Origin: Bacillota bacterium
Lineage (GTDB): Bacteria > Bacillota > Dethiobacteria > DTU022 > UBA8154
Direction of reading: 5' to 3'
Assembly: GCA_012520035.1 (NCBI GenBank)
Contig: JAAYOY010000233.1
Span: 1-58,424 of the forward strand
Length of the DNA: 58,424 nucleotides
The translations under genes were made by a program, and so were the position numbers. This document shows, one piece after another, positions 29,085 to 38,761 of this stretch. The notes beneath the pieces were generated by a model. That model did no database searches and had not been told where the DNA came from. It saw only the letters and a program-made list of their open reading frames with translations. Position 1 is the stretch's first letter. Every line of letters begins with the position of its first letter.

Positions 29085-30585
29085 AGAAGTGGGAGTAGGA
29101 GTTGGCCTGGGAGTAATAATTAGTTTGATCTGGCTGGGGTTTAATATATATCCGCTGTTATTTTTATTGGGGTTATTTTTCCTGTTGTTTAAAGTTATGG
29201 ATGTCAGAGGAGGAGTAAAGGAATTTCCATTTTTATCTCATAATAAACATCAAATAAGGAACTCCATTTCCTTTGATGATATCGGAGGGCAAAACTCAGC
29301 AAAAAAAGAGCTGCTTGAAGCACTTGATTTTATCAAAATTCCTGAAAAAATAGGATTAATGGGGATCAGGCCTTTAAAAGGCATCTTACTGGCCGGACCT
29401 CCGGGAACGGGGAAAACCCTGCTGGCAAAAGCAGCTGCTGCTTATACTGATTCTGTTTTTGTTTCAGCGGCAGGAAGTGAATTTATTGAAATGTATGCCG
29501 GGGTAGGAGCCCAGAGGGTAAGGCAAATATTTCAACAGGCCAGAAATTCGGCCAGGAAAAAGAATAAGCAGAGTGCAATTATTTTCATTGATGAAATAGA
29601 AATCCTGGGTGCAAAAAGAGGCAGCCACAGCTCGCATCTGGAGTATGATCAGACGTTGAATCAACTGCTGGTAGAGATGGATGGCCTCAGCATGGAAGAT
29701 GAAATTCGGGTTCTGTTGATTGCTGCGACGAACAGAGCTGATCTTTTAGACAATGCGTTGCTGCGTCCGGGACGATTTGACCGGATTGTTCAGCTTGAAC
29801 TGCCCGATCTTGAAGGCAGACTGCAGATACTGAAACTTCATACCCGCAATAAGCCTTTGGCTAAAGATGTTCAGCTGGAAAAAATTGCTGCTGAAACCTT
29901 TGGGTTCTCAGGGGCTCAACTGGAAAGTTTGGCAAACGAAGCTGCGATAGCAGCTCTGCGTGAAAAAAGCAAATGCCTGGAAAGAAAACATTTTAGTGAG
30001 GCTATCGACAAAGTCATCATGGGAGAAAAATTGGACCGCCGCCCGGGAGAAGAGGAGATACGGCGTATTGCTATTCATGAAATGGGCCATGCACTGATTA
30101 GCGAGTATATTAAACCCTGTTCTATTTCTACTATTACTATTGTCCCCAGGGGAAAAGCAATGGGATATATACGGCAAAAACCGGAGAGGGACAGTTATGT
30201 CCATACCAAAGAATATCTGGAAGGGCAAATCGCAATTTTGCTCGGAGGGGCTGTCAGCGAAGAAGAGCTTCTTGGAAGCCGCAGCACGGGTGCGTTGAAT
30301 GATTTCCAGCAGGCGGTTGAACTGGCAAAAAAAATTATCAGCTCCGGGATGTCATCTCTTGGTGTCATTAGTTCACAGGACCTCCCCGGAGGGGTTCTTC
30401 ATAAAAATATAAAAGAAATAATCAGTATTCAGGAGGAAAGAGTTCGGATAATTATTATTAAATACAGGGAAGTTATTGAGCAGGCTGCGCAGTACCTGCT
30501 GAAAAAAGAAAGAATTAGCGGTAAGTATTTACGCGAATTGCTAAACGTGAAAAATACAAACGAGGTTGAACATGAAGTTGTTTAA
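29077..30585 (+). CDS. Short FtsH-like AAA+ zinc metalloprotease paralogue (no extracytoplasmic domain)
   Basis: Two back-to-back hydrophobic segments in the first ~40 aa. Walker A GPPGTGKT, Walker B IIFIDEIE, SRH ATNRADLLDNALLRPGRFDR, HEXXH HEMGHA. ATG lies 7 nt after GGAGG. Confidence 0.85.
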   Translation: MLKEVGVGVGLGVIISLIWLGFNIYPLLFLLGLFFLLFKVMDVRGGVKEFPFLSHNKHQIRNSISFDDIGGQNSAKKELLEALDFIKIPEKIGLMGIRPLKGILLAGPPGTGKTLLAKAAAAYTDSVFVSAAGSEFIEMYAGVGAQRVRQIFQQARNSARKKNKQSAIIFIDEIEILGAKRGSHSSHLEYDQTLNQLLVEMDGLSMEDEIRVLLIAATNRADLLDNALLRPGRFDRIVQLELPDLEGRLQILKLHTRNKPLAKDVQLEKIAAETFGFSGAQLESLANEAAIAALREKSKCLERKHFSEAIDKVIMGEKLDRRPGEEEIRRIAIHEMGHALISEYIKPCSISTITIVPRGKAMGYIRQKPERDSYVHTKEYLEGQIAILLGGAVSEEELLGSRSTGALNDFQQAVELAKKIISSGMSSLGVISSQDLPGGVLHKNIKEIISIQEERVRIIIIKYREVIEQAAQYLLKKERISGKYLRELLNVKNTNEVEHEVV

Positions 30586-31963
30586 AAAAGGCCTGAAGTT
30601 TTTTTTTAGTTTGGCGGTATTGCTCATTATTATCCAGTTTCTTAATCCATTTACTTTTTCTGCGGGAGCATTCGAATTTGAAACAAGCATTAAAGTATTT
30701 GGCAGCGGCAAAACACGGATTCATTTTCCCCCGCTGGGAAACATTACAGCATCAACGCATAAAGGGCCTCTCGATTTATGTTTTTCATTGAAGAATATTA
30801 ATTTGGATGAACTGACGGAATATGCCTCCACTATCTCCCAGACGGATTCATGGTCGGATAATATTATTGAACAACTGAAAACAACTGTGTTTAAATATCT
30901 TCTTTCACTATTGCTGCTGGCCTTTATTTTGGGGGTTTTATGCAGCCTGCTCTCGTCCCGTCAGAAGATTAACAAATTCGAGATGTTCTTCAGCGGGTTA
31001 ATAAATTTTCTGGTATTGCTTTTGCTAATTTCTTTAGCGGCATGCTCCTATAATCCTGAAGCTTTTTCTTATGCTGAATATGAGGGGATACTGGAAGCAG
31101 CCCCCTGGGTTTTCAGTGTCCTTGAAGAGGAAGGAATAGGTATTATAGAAGAGATCGGATTACAATTTACGGATGTTGTAGAGAATATTTCATTTATGCA
31201 AAAAGAAATGGAATTAAGTGTAGCGAAGGAAAAAAGCGATAATATAATAAATATTCTTCATATATCGGATATTCATAATAATCCCGCCGCTTTTGACTTT
31301 ATCCGGCGTATCACAGATACCTATAAAGTGGATTTGATTATTGATACCGGGGATAGAGTGGATTACGGGACAGCACTCGAAATGGATTTCCTGGCGCATA
31401 AAATGAACGAGATTAGCGTTCCCTGTGTATTTATCCCCGGAAATCACGATTCCCCTCTGGTTGTTGAACAACTGAAATTAAATGATAATATTACTGTTTT
31501 GGAGGAAGGAATAATTGAAGCGGCGGGGTTGCGCATAGCCGGTTTGGCAGATCCGGCTTCCCGGTCGACCATTATGGCTGCCGGGAGTGAGGATTTGATT
31601 GATAAAAATGCAAGAAAGCTGTCAGAATTAGTTTCTGCCGCTGAAAGGGTAGATCTGATCGCAGCGCATAATCCCGCTTATTTCAAATACTTGCGTAACA
31701 ACAATCATCTGCTTCTTGCAGGCCACCAGCACACCCCATATATAAATGATGAGGCTGATTTTATTGAAATTAATGCCGGCACAACCGGTGCCTCCGGCAT
31801 AAGGGGTATTCAAAATATGGAAATTAGTTTTAGCCTTATCCTCCTGAGAATGCAGTACTCTGAGGAAAATGACAATTTTTTTCCCTTAAACGCGGATTTA
31901 ATCAAGGTTAAACAATTTCCCCTAAACTACAGCTTTGAACGTTTTATTTTTAATAATGATTAA
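30566..31963 (+). CDS. Polytopic membrane metallophosphoesterase (calcineurin-like)
   Basis: N-terminal TM, ~80-aa loop and two more TM segments. Then ILHISDIHNNP, TGDRVDYG, IPGNHD, AAHNP and AGHQH. Overlaps the FtsH-like gene by 20 nt. Confidence 0.8.
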   Translation: MNMKLFKKGLKFFFSLAVLLIIIQFLNPFTFSAGAFEFETSIKVFGSGKTRIHFPPLGNITASTHKGPLDLCFSLKNINLDELTEYASTISQTDSWSDNIIEQLKTTVFKYLLSLLLLAFILGVLCSLLSSRQKINKFEMFFSGLINFLVLLLLISLAACSYNPEAFSYAEYEGILEAAPWVFSVLEEEGIGIIEEIGLQFTDVVENISFMQKEMELSVAKEKSDNIINILHISDIHNNPAAFDFIRRITDTYKVDLIIDTGDRVDYGTALEMDFLAHKMNEISVPCVFIPGNHDSPLVVEQLKLNDNITVLEEGIIEAAGLRIAGLADPASRSTIMAAGSEDLIDKNARKLSELVSAAERVDLIAAHNPAYFKYLRNNNHLLLAGHQHTPYINDEADFIEINAGTTGASGIRGIQNMEISFSLILLRMQYSEENDNFFPLNADLIKVKQFPLNYSFERFIFNND

Positions 31964-32050
31964 TTATTGTTCAAGGCAGCAGGAGTTTTATGCTATTAAT
32001 GGAAATAATAGAATAAAAATAGAGTATTTATAAAAAAGGATATGTATCTT

Positions 32051-32620
32051 ATGCGGGCTTTTGTTGCAATTAAACTGGATATGAAAGTCATTAATGACCT
32101 TAGGAAGATTCAGCAAGAACTAAAGTCAAGGATTAAAGGAATTAGATGGGTTAAGCCTGAGCTATTGCATATCACTTTAAAGTTTCTTGGTGAAATAAAG
32201 GAGGAAGATATTGCTCCTCTAGAGCAACGTTTAAAGGAGCTGGGAAACCGAACAGCCCCTTTTAATCTTTCTTTTTCATCACTGGGGGCATTTCCGCACC
32301 AAGGGGATCCCCGTATTATCTGGATTGGGGTGAATGAAGGCGCCGGAGAACTGTATGCTCTCGCTCGGGAAATAGATAAACTATTACTTACTCATAAAAT
32401 CTATAATAAACCCGATAAATCAAAATTTAAACCGCATTTGACGCTTGGAAGAAGAAATAAACATGAAGAACTCTATCTGCCTTGCCGGGTTTTTGAGGAG
32501 CGCCTGGTTTGTAATAGTATTATGAACGTAAAGGAGTTTTATTTGCTGCAAAGTACCCTTTATCGATCCGGGCCTGTCTATGCTCCATTAAAAAAATTTT
32601 TATTAAAAAATTTTAATTAG
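32051..32620 (+). CDS. thpR: RNA 2',3'-cyclic phosphodiesterase (2H family, ThpR/LigT)
   Basis: Two HxT motifs, HITLKF and HLTLGR. ATG 32051 is better spaced from AAGGA than ATG 32042. Confidence 0.85.
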   Translation: MRAFVAIKLDMKVINDLRKIQQELKSRIKGIRWVKPELLHITLKFLGEIKEEDIAPLEQRLKELGNRTAPFNLSFSSLGAFPHQGDPRIIWIGVNEGAGELYALAREIDKLLLTHKIYNKPDKSKFKPHLTLGRRNKHEELYLPCRVFEERLVCNSIMNVKEFYLLQSTLYRSGPVYAPLKKFLLKNFN

Positions 32621-32673
32621 GCAGGATATTCCTGGGTAAGAGAGAATATCTAATCATAACACAAATAAATGTT

Positions 32674-32687
32674 AGTACTTTTGTTCA
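32674..32687 (+). promoter_or_regulatory. Possible degenerate LexA (Cheo) box upstream of recA
   Basis: AGTACTTTTGTTCA compared with the Gram-positive core GAAC-N4-GTTC: one core mismatch. Lies 35 nt upstream of the recA start. Confidence 0.3.
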
Positions 32688-32721
32688 TGTTGAATGCCAT
32701 CCCTGAGGAGGTTGGAAATTG

Positions 32722-33765
32722 ATGGAAAAGAAAAAAGCGTTAGAAATGGCGTTGTCACAAATAGAAAAACAGTTTGGTAAAGGATCAATTATGATCCTCG
32801 GTTCCGAATCCAGAGCTAATATTGCTGTTATATCTACGGGAGCGCTATCGCTGGATATCGCTCTGGGAGTAGGAGGGCTGCCCAGAGGGAGAATTATAGA
32901 AATATTTGGCCCGGAGTCTTCCGGTAAAACTACCGTGGCTTTACATGTTATTGCTGAAGCTCAGAAAAACGGCGGCTTCGCTGCTTTTATTGATGCCGAA
33001 CACGCTCTTGATCCGGTTTATGCGGAGAAGCTCGGTGTAAATATTGATGAATTACTGGTTTCCCAGCCGGATACCGGTGAACAGGCACTGGAAATTGCGG
33101 AATCACTGGTCCGCAGCGGTGCAATTGATGTTTTAGTTGTAGACTCTGTAGCTGCTCTGGTACCGAGGGCAGAGATTGAGGGAGAGATGGGAGATGCGCA
33201 TATTGGGTTGCAGGCGCGCCTGATGTCCCAGGCGATGAGAAAACTCTCCGGTGCAATCAGCAAATCGCAAACAGCGGCTATTTTTATTAATCAAATCAGG
33301 GAAAAAGTAGGTGTCATGTTTGGTAATCCGGAGACGACTCCCGGGGGAAGAGCCTTAAAGTTTTATGCTTCTGTGAGGCTAGATATCAGGAAGTTGGAAA
33401 CTTTAAAGCGCGGCAATGAAATGATTGGGAACCGCACCAGGGCAAAAGTGGTAAAGAATAAAGTGGCTCCGCCTTTTAAACAAGCGGATTTTGATATTAT
33501 TTATGGTGAAGGTATATCCAGGGAAGGGTGCGTCCTTGACCTTGCAATTGAAAAGGAAATTATTAAAAAGAGTGGAACATGGTTTTCTTATGGAGAAGAC
33601 AGATTGGGGCAGGGCAGGGATAATGCCAAGGCATTTCTTAAAGAAAACCCGGAAATCTATCAAGAAATTGAGAAACAAGTTCGGATGCAGTATGATCTGG
33701 CAGTTGATATAAAAGGAGAAAAAGAAGAGGGGAAAAAGGAAGAAGAAATAACAGGAATTAAATAA
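32722..33765 (+). CDS. recA: Recombinase A
   Basis: [17 protein letters not shown], Walker [26 protein letters not shown]. In-frame TTG 32719 is an alternative start. Confidence 0.97.
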   Translation: MEKKKALEMALSQIEKQFGKGSIMILGSESRANIAVISTGALSLDIALGVGGLPRGRIIEIFGPESSGKTTVALHVIAEAQKNGGFAAFIDAEHALDPVYAEKLGVNIDELLVSQPDTGEQALEIAESLVRSGAIDVLVVDSVAALVPRAEIEGEMGDAHIGLQARLMSQAMRKLSGAISKSQTAAIFINQIREKVGVMFGNPETTPGGRALKFYASVRLDIRKLETLKRGNEMIGNRTRAKVVKNKVAPPFKQADFDIIYGEGISREGCVLDLAIEKEIIKKSGTWFSYGEDRLGQGRDNAKAFLKENPEIYQEIEKQVRMQYDLAVDIKGEKEEGKKEEEITGIK

Positions 33766-33814
33766 GAATTTTATTGCCTTTATTGGATAACAGCGAAAAT
33801 CGGGTATTATTTAC

Positions 33815-33843
33815 TTGACATAAACCCGTAAAGAATATAGAAT
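33815..33843 (+). promoter_or_regulatory. Sigma-A type promoter heading a ~245-nt leader before rny
   Basis: TTGACA (33815-33820), 17-nt spacer, TAGAAT (33838-33843). Confidence 0.5.
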
Positions 33844-33962
33844 TATTTTCAAGTGGATTAAAAGTAATACATGGTTTTAAGATTAGTACAGTATTACTTA
33901 AAATAGATTTGACCATGATATAATGCCCTGCGGCATTTGATATAAAACCTTTTTTATTAAGA

Positions 33963-33986
33963 TATAATTGGATCTATAATTGGATC
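33963..33986 (+). repeat. Perfect 12-bp tandem direct repeat, each copy containing TATAAT
   Basis: TATAATTGGATC occurs twice (33963-33974 and 33975-33986). Confidence 0.9.
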
Positions 33987-34026
33987 GGTTAATTTAAAAG
34001 GATATATTATATGGCCATTTCTATTT

Positions 34027-34055
34027 TAAGCTGTTAAATGCAGCTTATTTTTATT
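34027..34055 (+). terminator. Terminator-like hairpin inside the rny leader
   Basis: Stem TAAGCTG / CAGCTTA, 7-nt loop, followed by TTTTTATT. Lies 38 nt upstream of the rny start. Confidence 0.4.
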
Positions 34056-34092
34056 GAATAAAATTAAAAACACAGGAGGTGAAAAAAAATAG

Positions 34093-35631
34093 TTGGAAGC
34101 TTTAACCGTAATAATTTTAATAATCGGCTTATTTTTAGGGTTTGGCGCCGGTTATTTAATACGTAAATATGTTGCGGAAGCAAAAATAGCTTCTGCGGAG
34201 GAAGCAGCAAGAAAGATTATCAGTGAAGCGGAAGAAAAAGCGCAGTCTCTAAAAAAAGAAAGAGTGCTGGAAGCCAAAGAAGAAGTTCACAGGTTGAGAA
34301 ATGAGCTTGATAAGGAAACAAAGGAAAGGCGCTTGGAGTTACAGCGTTTAGAAAGGCGTATTTTACAAAAAGAAGAAAATTTGGATAAAAAAATTTCTCA
34401 GTTTGAAAAAAAAGAGGAGGATTTAAAAAAACGGATTGAAGAGAACGTGCATATACAGCAAAGATTAACTGATATTTATCAGCAGCAGCTTAATGAACTG
34501 GAGAAAATATCCGAATTATCTACTGCAGAAGCTAAAGAAATGATCCTTCAAAGGGTAAAGGATGAAATTCAACACGAAATTGCCCAGATGATTAAGGATG
34601 TCGAACAGCAGGCCAGGGAGGAAGCAGAAAAGAAAGCGAGAGAGATTATTACGCAGGGAATTCAGCGCTGTGCAGCTGATCACGTCTCTGAATCAACTGT
34701 TTCTGTAGTCAACCTGCCTAATGATGAGATGAAAGGGCGTATTATTGGCAGGGAAGGAAGAAATATCCGCACCCTGGAGACATTGACAGGTATTGATTTA
34801 ATTATCGATGATACACCGGAAGCGGTAATATTGTCCGGTTTTGACCCTATTCGCAGGGAAGTTGCGCGTTTAGCTTTGGAAAAACTTATTATTGATGGTC
34901 GCATTCATCCTGCTCGCATAGAGGAAATGGTAGAAAAGGCCCGCCAGGAAGTTGAGGTTCAGATCAGGGAAGAAGGCGAGCAGGCAGCTTTTGAGGTTAA
35001 TATTCACGGTCTTCATCCGGAACTAATTAAAATGCTCGGCAGATTAAAATTTCGGACCAGTTACGGGCAGAATGTCCTTAAGCATTCCCTGGAAGTCGCT
35101 CACCTTGCAGGTATTATGGCTTCAGAACTGGGGTTGGATGTTAAGCTGGCCAAAAGAGCCGGGCTGCTCCACGATATAGGAAAAGCTCTTAATCATGAAA
35201 CTGAAGGCCCTCATGTAGTCAGTGGAGCTGAACTGGCTAAAAAGTACCATGAAGCGCCGGAAATAATTAACGCTATTGGAGCCCATCATGGCGATATTGA
35301 GCCGCATACCCTGGAGGCGGTTTTAATACAGTCTGCCGATGCGATTTCGGCCGCCAGGCCAGGCGCCAGAAGAGAAACATTGGAAGCCTATATTAAGCGG
35401 CTGGAAAAGCTTGAAGAAATTGCTGATTCATTTGATGGAGTAGAAAAAGCGTATGCTATCCAAGCAGGGCGTGAAATCCGTATTATGGTTAAGCCGGAGA
35501 AAATTGATGATTTAACAGCCGTTCAGGTTGCGAGAAATATAACTAAAAAAATCGAAAAAGAACTGGAGTATCCCGGTCAGATAAAAGTTACTGTCATTAG
35601 AGAAACCAGAGCAATTGAATATGCAAGATAA
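34093..35631 (+). CDS. rny: Ribonuclease Y
   Basis: N-terminal [20 protein letters not shown], Glu/Lys coiled coil, [23 protein letters not shown]. Confidence 0.96.
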   Translation: MEALTVIILIIGLFLGFGAGYLIRKYVAEAKIASAEEAARKIISEAEEKAQSLKKERVLEAKEEVHRLRNELDKETKERRLELQRLERRILQKEENLDKKISQFEKKEEDLKKRIEENVHIQQRLTDIYQQQLNELEKISELSTAEAKEMILQRVKDEIQHEIAQMIKDVEQQAREEAEKKAREIITQGIQRCAADHVSESTVSVVNLPNDEMKGRIIGREGRNIRTLETLTGIDLIIDDTPEAVILSGFDPIRREVARLALEKLIIDGRIHPARIEEMVEKARQEVEVQIREEGEQAAFEVNIHGLHPELIKMLGRLKFRTSYGQNVLKHSLEVAHLAGIMASELGLDVKLAKRAGLLHDIGKALNHETEGPHVVSGAELAKKYHEAPEIINAIGAHHGDIEPHTLEAVLIQSADAISAARPGARRETLEAYIKRLEKLEEIADSFDGVEKAYAIQAGREIRIMVKPEKIDDLTAVQVARNITKKIEKELEYPGQIKVTVIRETRAIEYAR

Positions 35632-35642
35632 AAATTTATGGT

Positions 35643-35671
35643 AAAAAGTGCTGCAAGGCACTTTTTTTTTT
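35643..35671 (+). terminator. Rho-independent terminator after rny
   Basis: AAAAAGTGCT-GCAA-GGCACTTTTT stem-loop running into a run of ten T. Confidence 0.8.
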
Positions 35672-35765
35672 GAGAAGGATTTCGGGGAGGTATTATTGAA
35701 TATCTTATCGATTTATTTATTATTCCCGGGTTATTTTTTTATCCGAAGAACAGGAGTGAATTTTA

Positions 35766-36278
35766 ATGAAGTATAAGCAGGCATCTGAAGATATATCAAA
35801 TGTAGATTTATTAATTTTTTTACTTGTTCGCTTTCCAGAGATATTTACTATCAAATATAATCAGGCACAGGAAAAATTTACTCTTTCATTTATGTTAAGA
35901 ATAGACATTGATCATGACCATTACATACGTTTTAAAAACAAGTTTTTAACATGTCTTAAAGCATATAATGATCTTTCCGGTTCCAGGCAGCCATTAATAA
36001 AGCTTTGTAAAAGGTTTATCAAACCGTGGACCTTGTTACAGGTTACTTTAAAAAAAGAGAGGATTTCCTTTGAAGAGGTAAATCTTATCAGCAACCTGGT
36101 ATTAAATGAATACAAAAACGGTTTGGTTTTTGACAGCAGGGATAATAATAATTTTGATAATAAAATAATAGAAAAAGAAGAGTTAATTGAATATTTGCTG
36201 CCCAGGAAAAAGAAAAGCGATGAAGAAAATTTGATTGCTTTTCGCGAATCCGGTAAAGTCTACATATACGACAAATAA
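35766..36278 (+). CDS. Hypothetical protein (170 aa), no recognisable motif
   Basis: ATG lies 8 nt after AGGAGTG. AT-rich coding sequence with no TM segment. Bounded by the rny terminator and the spoVS upstream region. Confidence 0.55.
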   Translation: MKYKQASEDISNVDLLIFLLVRFPEIFTIKYNQAQEKFTLSFMLRIDIDHDHYIRFKNKFLTCLKAYNDLSGSRQPLIKLCKRFIKPWTLLQVTLKKERISFEEVNLISNLVLNEYKNGLVFDSRDNNNFDNKIIEKEELIEYLLPRKKKSDEENLIAFRESGKVYIYDK

Positions 36279-36431
36279 AGAAATTAATAAACTGTTTTTT
36301 GGGGTGAAATATTGTACCTTAAATATTTTAAAGAATGCTAAAATTTTTTTAAGTGAGAAGAAGGAAATTTTCTATAACTAGAGAATATAATGAATTAACA
36401 AAGTAGTATTAAAGGAGGTAGCAATTCTTTA

Positions 36432-36692
36432 ATGGAAGTATTAAAAGTTTCAGCAAAATCCAATCCTAATTCTGTCGCTGGTGCCTTAGCCGGAGTTTTA
36501 CGGGAGAGAGGGGGGGCTGAAATTCAAGCCATTGGAGCAGGTGCGTTGAACCAGGCTGTAAAAGCTGTTGCCATAGCGAGAGGATTTGTTGCTCCAAGTG
36601 GTATGGATTTAATATGTATTCCTGCTTTTACAGATATACAAATTGATGGAGAAGAGAGAACCGCTATTAAGTTGATTATTGAACCTCGTTAA
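36432..36692 (+). CDS. spoVS: Stage V sporulation protein S
   Basis: 86 aa, MEVLKVSAKSNPNSVAGALAGVLRERG...AIKLIIEPR, the highly conserved SpoVS sequence. Strong SD AAAGGAGG. Confidence 0.96.
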   Translation: MEVLKVSAKSNPNSVAGALAGVLRERGGAEIQAIGAGALNQAVKAVAIARGFVAPSGMDLICIPAFTDIQIDGEERTAIKLIIEPR

Positions 36693-36801
36693 TTTTAATA
36701 TCTTAAAAACTTAGAATTATTTTTCTTTAAAAAAATACACCCTTTCAACAGGTGTGTTTTTTTGTATTCACAAAACAAAAGTAAAGGAAAGGGAGTATAG
36801 C

Positions 36802-37800
36802 ATGAGGTTAGCTCTAGACGGGCAGTTTAATGAGGGAGTAGTTGATGCTCATTGTGATACCGTGCATTATTTTACAGAACTGAAGGATGTATATGACTTT
36901 ACGCAGAAGAATACCATAGCACAGCTAGATCTGCCGCGTATGGAAACCGGTGGCATCAAGGTTCAGTTTTTTGCATTGTATATAGAACCCGAATATAAAC
37001 CGGGCAATGCGTTAAAAAGATGCCTGCAGCTGCTGGACTGTTTTTATCAGACGGTTAAACCTTGTGAAGACAGGCTCGAGGTAGTCTACAATTATTCCGA
37101 TCTTTTAAGGGTAAATAAAGAAGGAAAAATAGCGGCAATACTTACTGTTGAAGGAGGGGAGGCCTTAGAAGGGGATCTGGGCGTATTAAGAATGCTCTAT
37201 CGCCTTGGAATAAGAGGCCTGGGTCTAACCTGGAACCAGAGGAATGAGATCGCCGATGGCGTTGGGGAGCGGGAAACGGGTGGTGGACTTACACGCTTTG
37301 GGAAAAAAGTGGTCAAAGAGATGAACGATTTAGGGATGATCATCGATCTGTCCCATATCAGCCCTAAAGGATTTTATGATGTATTGAAGACAACTACGTC
37401 CCCGGTAATAGTATCTCATGCAAATGCAAAAAAAATTTGCGCTCATGCCAGAAACTTAACTGATGAGCAATTAAAAGCACTGCGTGAAAACGGGGGAGTT
37501 GTTGGCCTTACTTTTTATCCTGACTTTATTCATGACAAAAACCCGGATTTGAATATTTTACTCGATCACTTTGTATATATTTCAGAAGTAGCCGGGATAG
37601 ATCACCTTGGTATAGGTTCGGATTTTGACGGGATGCAGGGTAAAACGCTTAAAGGTTTAACCGATGTTTCCTGCCTTCCTTCTCTAATCCAGGGGCTGCT
37701 CGCGAGGGGATTTAAAGAAAAAGATCTGCAGAAGGTATTATATGAAAACTTTCTACGTGTAATAAAAGAAGTGTGTAGCAATGATCCGAAGGAGGCTTAA
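36802..37800 (+). CDS. Membrane dipeptidase family (peptidase M19) protein
   Basis: DAHCDT, IDLSHIS and GIGSDFDG motifs. ATG 36802 follows AAGGAAAGGGAG. The ORF's upstream extension (GTG 36754) lies in the spoVS 3' hairpin region. Confidence 0.85.
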   Translation: MRLALDGQFNEGVVDAHCDTVHYFTELKDVYDFTQKNTIAQLDLPRMETGGIKVQFFALYIEPEYKPGNALKRCLQLLDCFYQTVKPCEDRLEVVYNYSDLLRVNKEGKIAAILTVEGGEALEGDLGVLRMLYRLGIRGLGLTWNQRNEIADGVGERETGGGLTRFGKKVVKEMNDLGMIIDLSHISPKGFYDVLKTTTSPVIVSHANAKKICAHARNLTDEQLKALRENGGVVGLTFYPDFIHDKNPDLNILLDHFVYISEVAGIDHLGIGSDFDGMQGKTLKGLTDVSCLPSLIQGLLARGFKEKDLQKVLYENFLRVIKEVCSNDPKEA

Positions 37801-38622
37801 ATGGGTAGAGTAGATCTGCATGTGCATACTAATTACTCCGATGGTCTTATGGACCCTTTTGCAGTAGTCCAGGAGGCTTTAAATAAGAATATTTCCGCCA
37901 TAGGTATTACTGATCACGATACGATGGACGGGTTATCAACTGCTAAGCAGGCAGGGAAAATGTACGGGATTGAAGTGGTACCCGGAATTGAGTTCAGCGC
38001 TGACTATGACGGTAAAGAGGTGCATATTCTAGGTTATTACTGCAACCGGGAGCTGAATGAACTAAAACAAACACTGCAGGATCTAAAAAGAAGCCGTCTT
38101 GAAAGAATAACAAGGATGATTCAAAAATTAAAGGGATTGAACCTGGACATTAGTCTGGCTGATGTCCAACAAATAACAAAAGGTGAGATACTGGGAAGAC
38201 CTCACCTTGCTCTGGCGCTGTGCCGAAAGGGTTACTGTAAAACAACTGCGGAAGCCTTTTCTAAATATATCGGTTCTAATGCTCCGGCATATGTCAAGCG
38301 ATTTAAAATAACAACCGGCGAGGCTGTGCGTTTGATTCTAAAGTCAGGCGGGATTCCTGTGCTTGCTCATCCCGGACTTTATAATGCTGACGAGATTATT
38401 TCTGATCTGATAAGCATAGGACTAATGGGGATTGAAGTTTTTCACCCCGATCACCGGCTCGTTGATATTTTAAGGTATAAAAAAATGGCCAGGGAATATA
38501 ATCTTCTTGTTACGGGGGGGTCGGACTTTCACGGAACAGGGATCGGTTCATCCCCTTTCCTTGGATATGTAACCGTGGATTCACAATACCTGGAAGAGAT
38601 AAAAAAATATCGGCGGATTTAA
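37801..38622 (+). CDS. PHP-domain phosphoesterase (TrpH/YciV-like)
   Basis: VDLHVHTNYSDG, ITDHDT, VLAHPG and GGSDFHG. ATG immediately follows the upstream stop. Confidence 0.85.
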   Translation: MGRVDLHVHTNYSDGLMDPFAVVQEALNKNISAIGITDHDTMDGLSTAKQAGKMYGIEVVPGIEFSADYDGKEVHILGYYCNRELNELKQTLQDLKRSRLERITRMIQKLKGLNLDISLADVQQITKGEILGRPHLALALCRKGYCKTTAEAFSKYIGSNAPAYVKRFKITTGEAVRLILKSGGIPVLAHPGLYNADEIISDLISIGLMGIEVFHPDHRLVDILRYKKMAREYNLLVTGGSDFHGTGIGSSPFLGYVTVDSQYLEEIKKYRRI

Positions 38623-38761
38623 TTCTCTTTTTTTGTATTTAAGGAAGAAGGATTTACAATATTGATCAAGAATATAGTGCTATAAAGTTAAAAAGGCGGT
38701 AATATAAAGGCATTGGAGGTGGAGGGCATACTATATAAAAAAATAGTAGGAGGATTGGGAG

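Noticed and set aside
36754-36801. Upstream extension (GTG 36754) of the dipeptidase ORF, which adds MFFCIHKTKVKEREYS
   Set aside because: The extension starts within the spoVS 3' hairpin/T-run. A strong SD (AAGGAAAGGGAG) precedes ATG 36802, so the shorter start is preferred.
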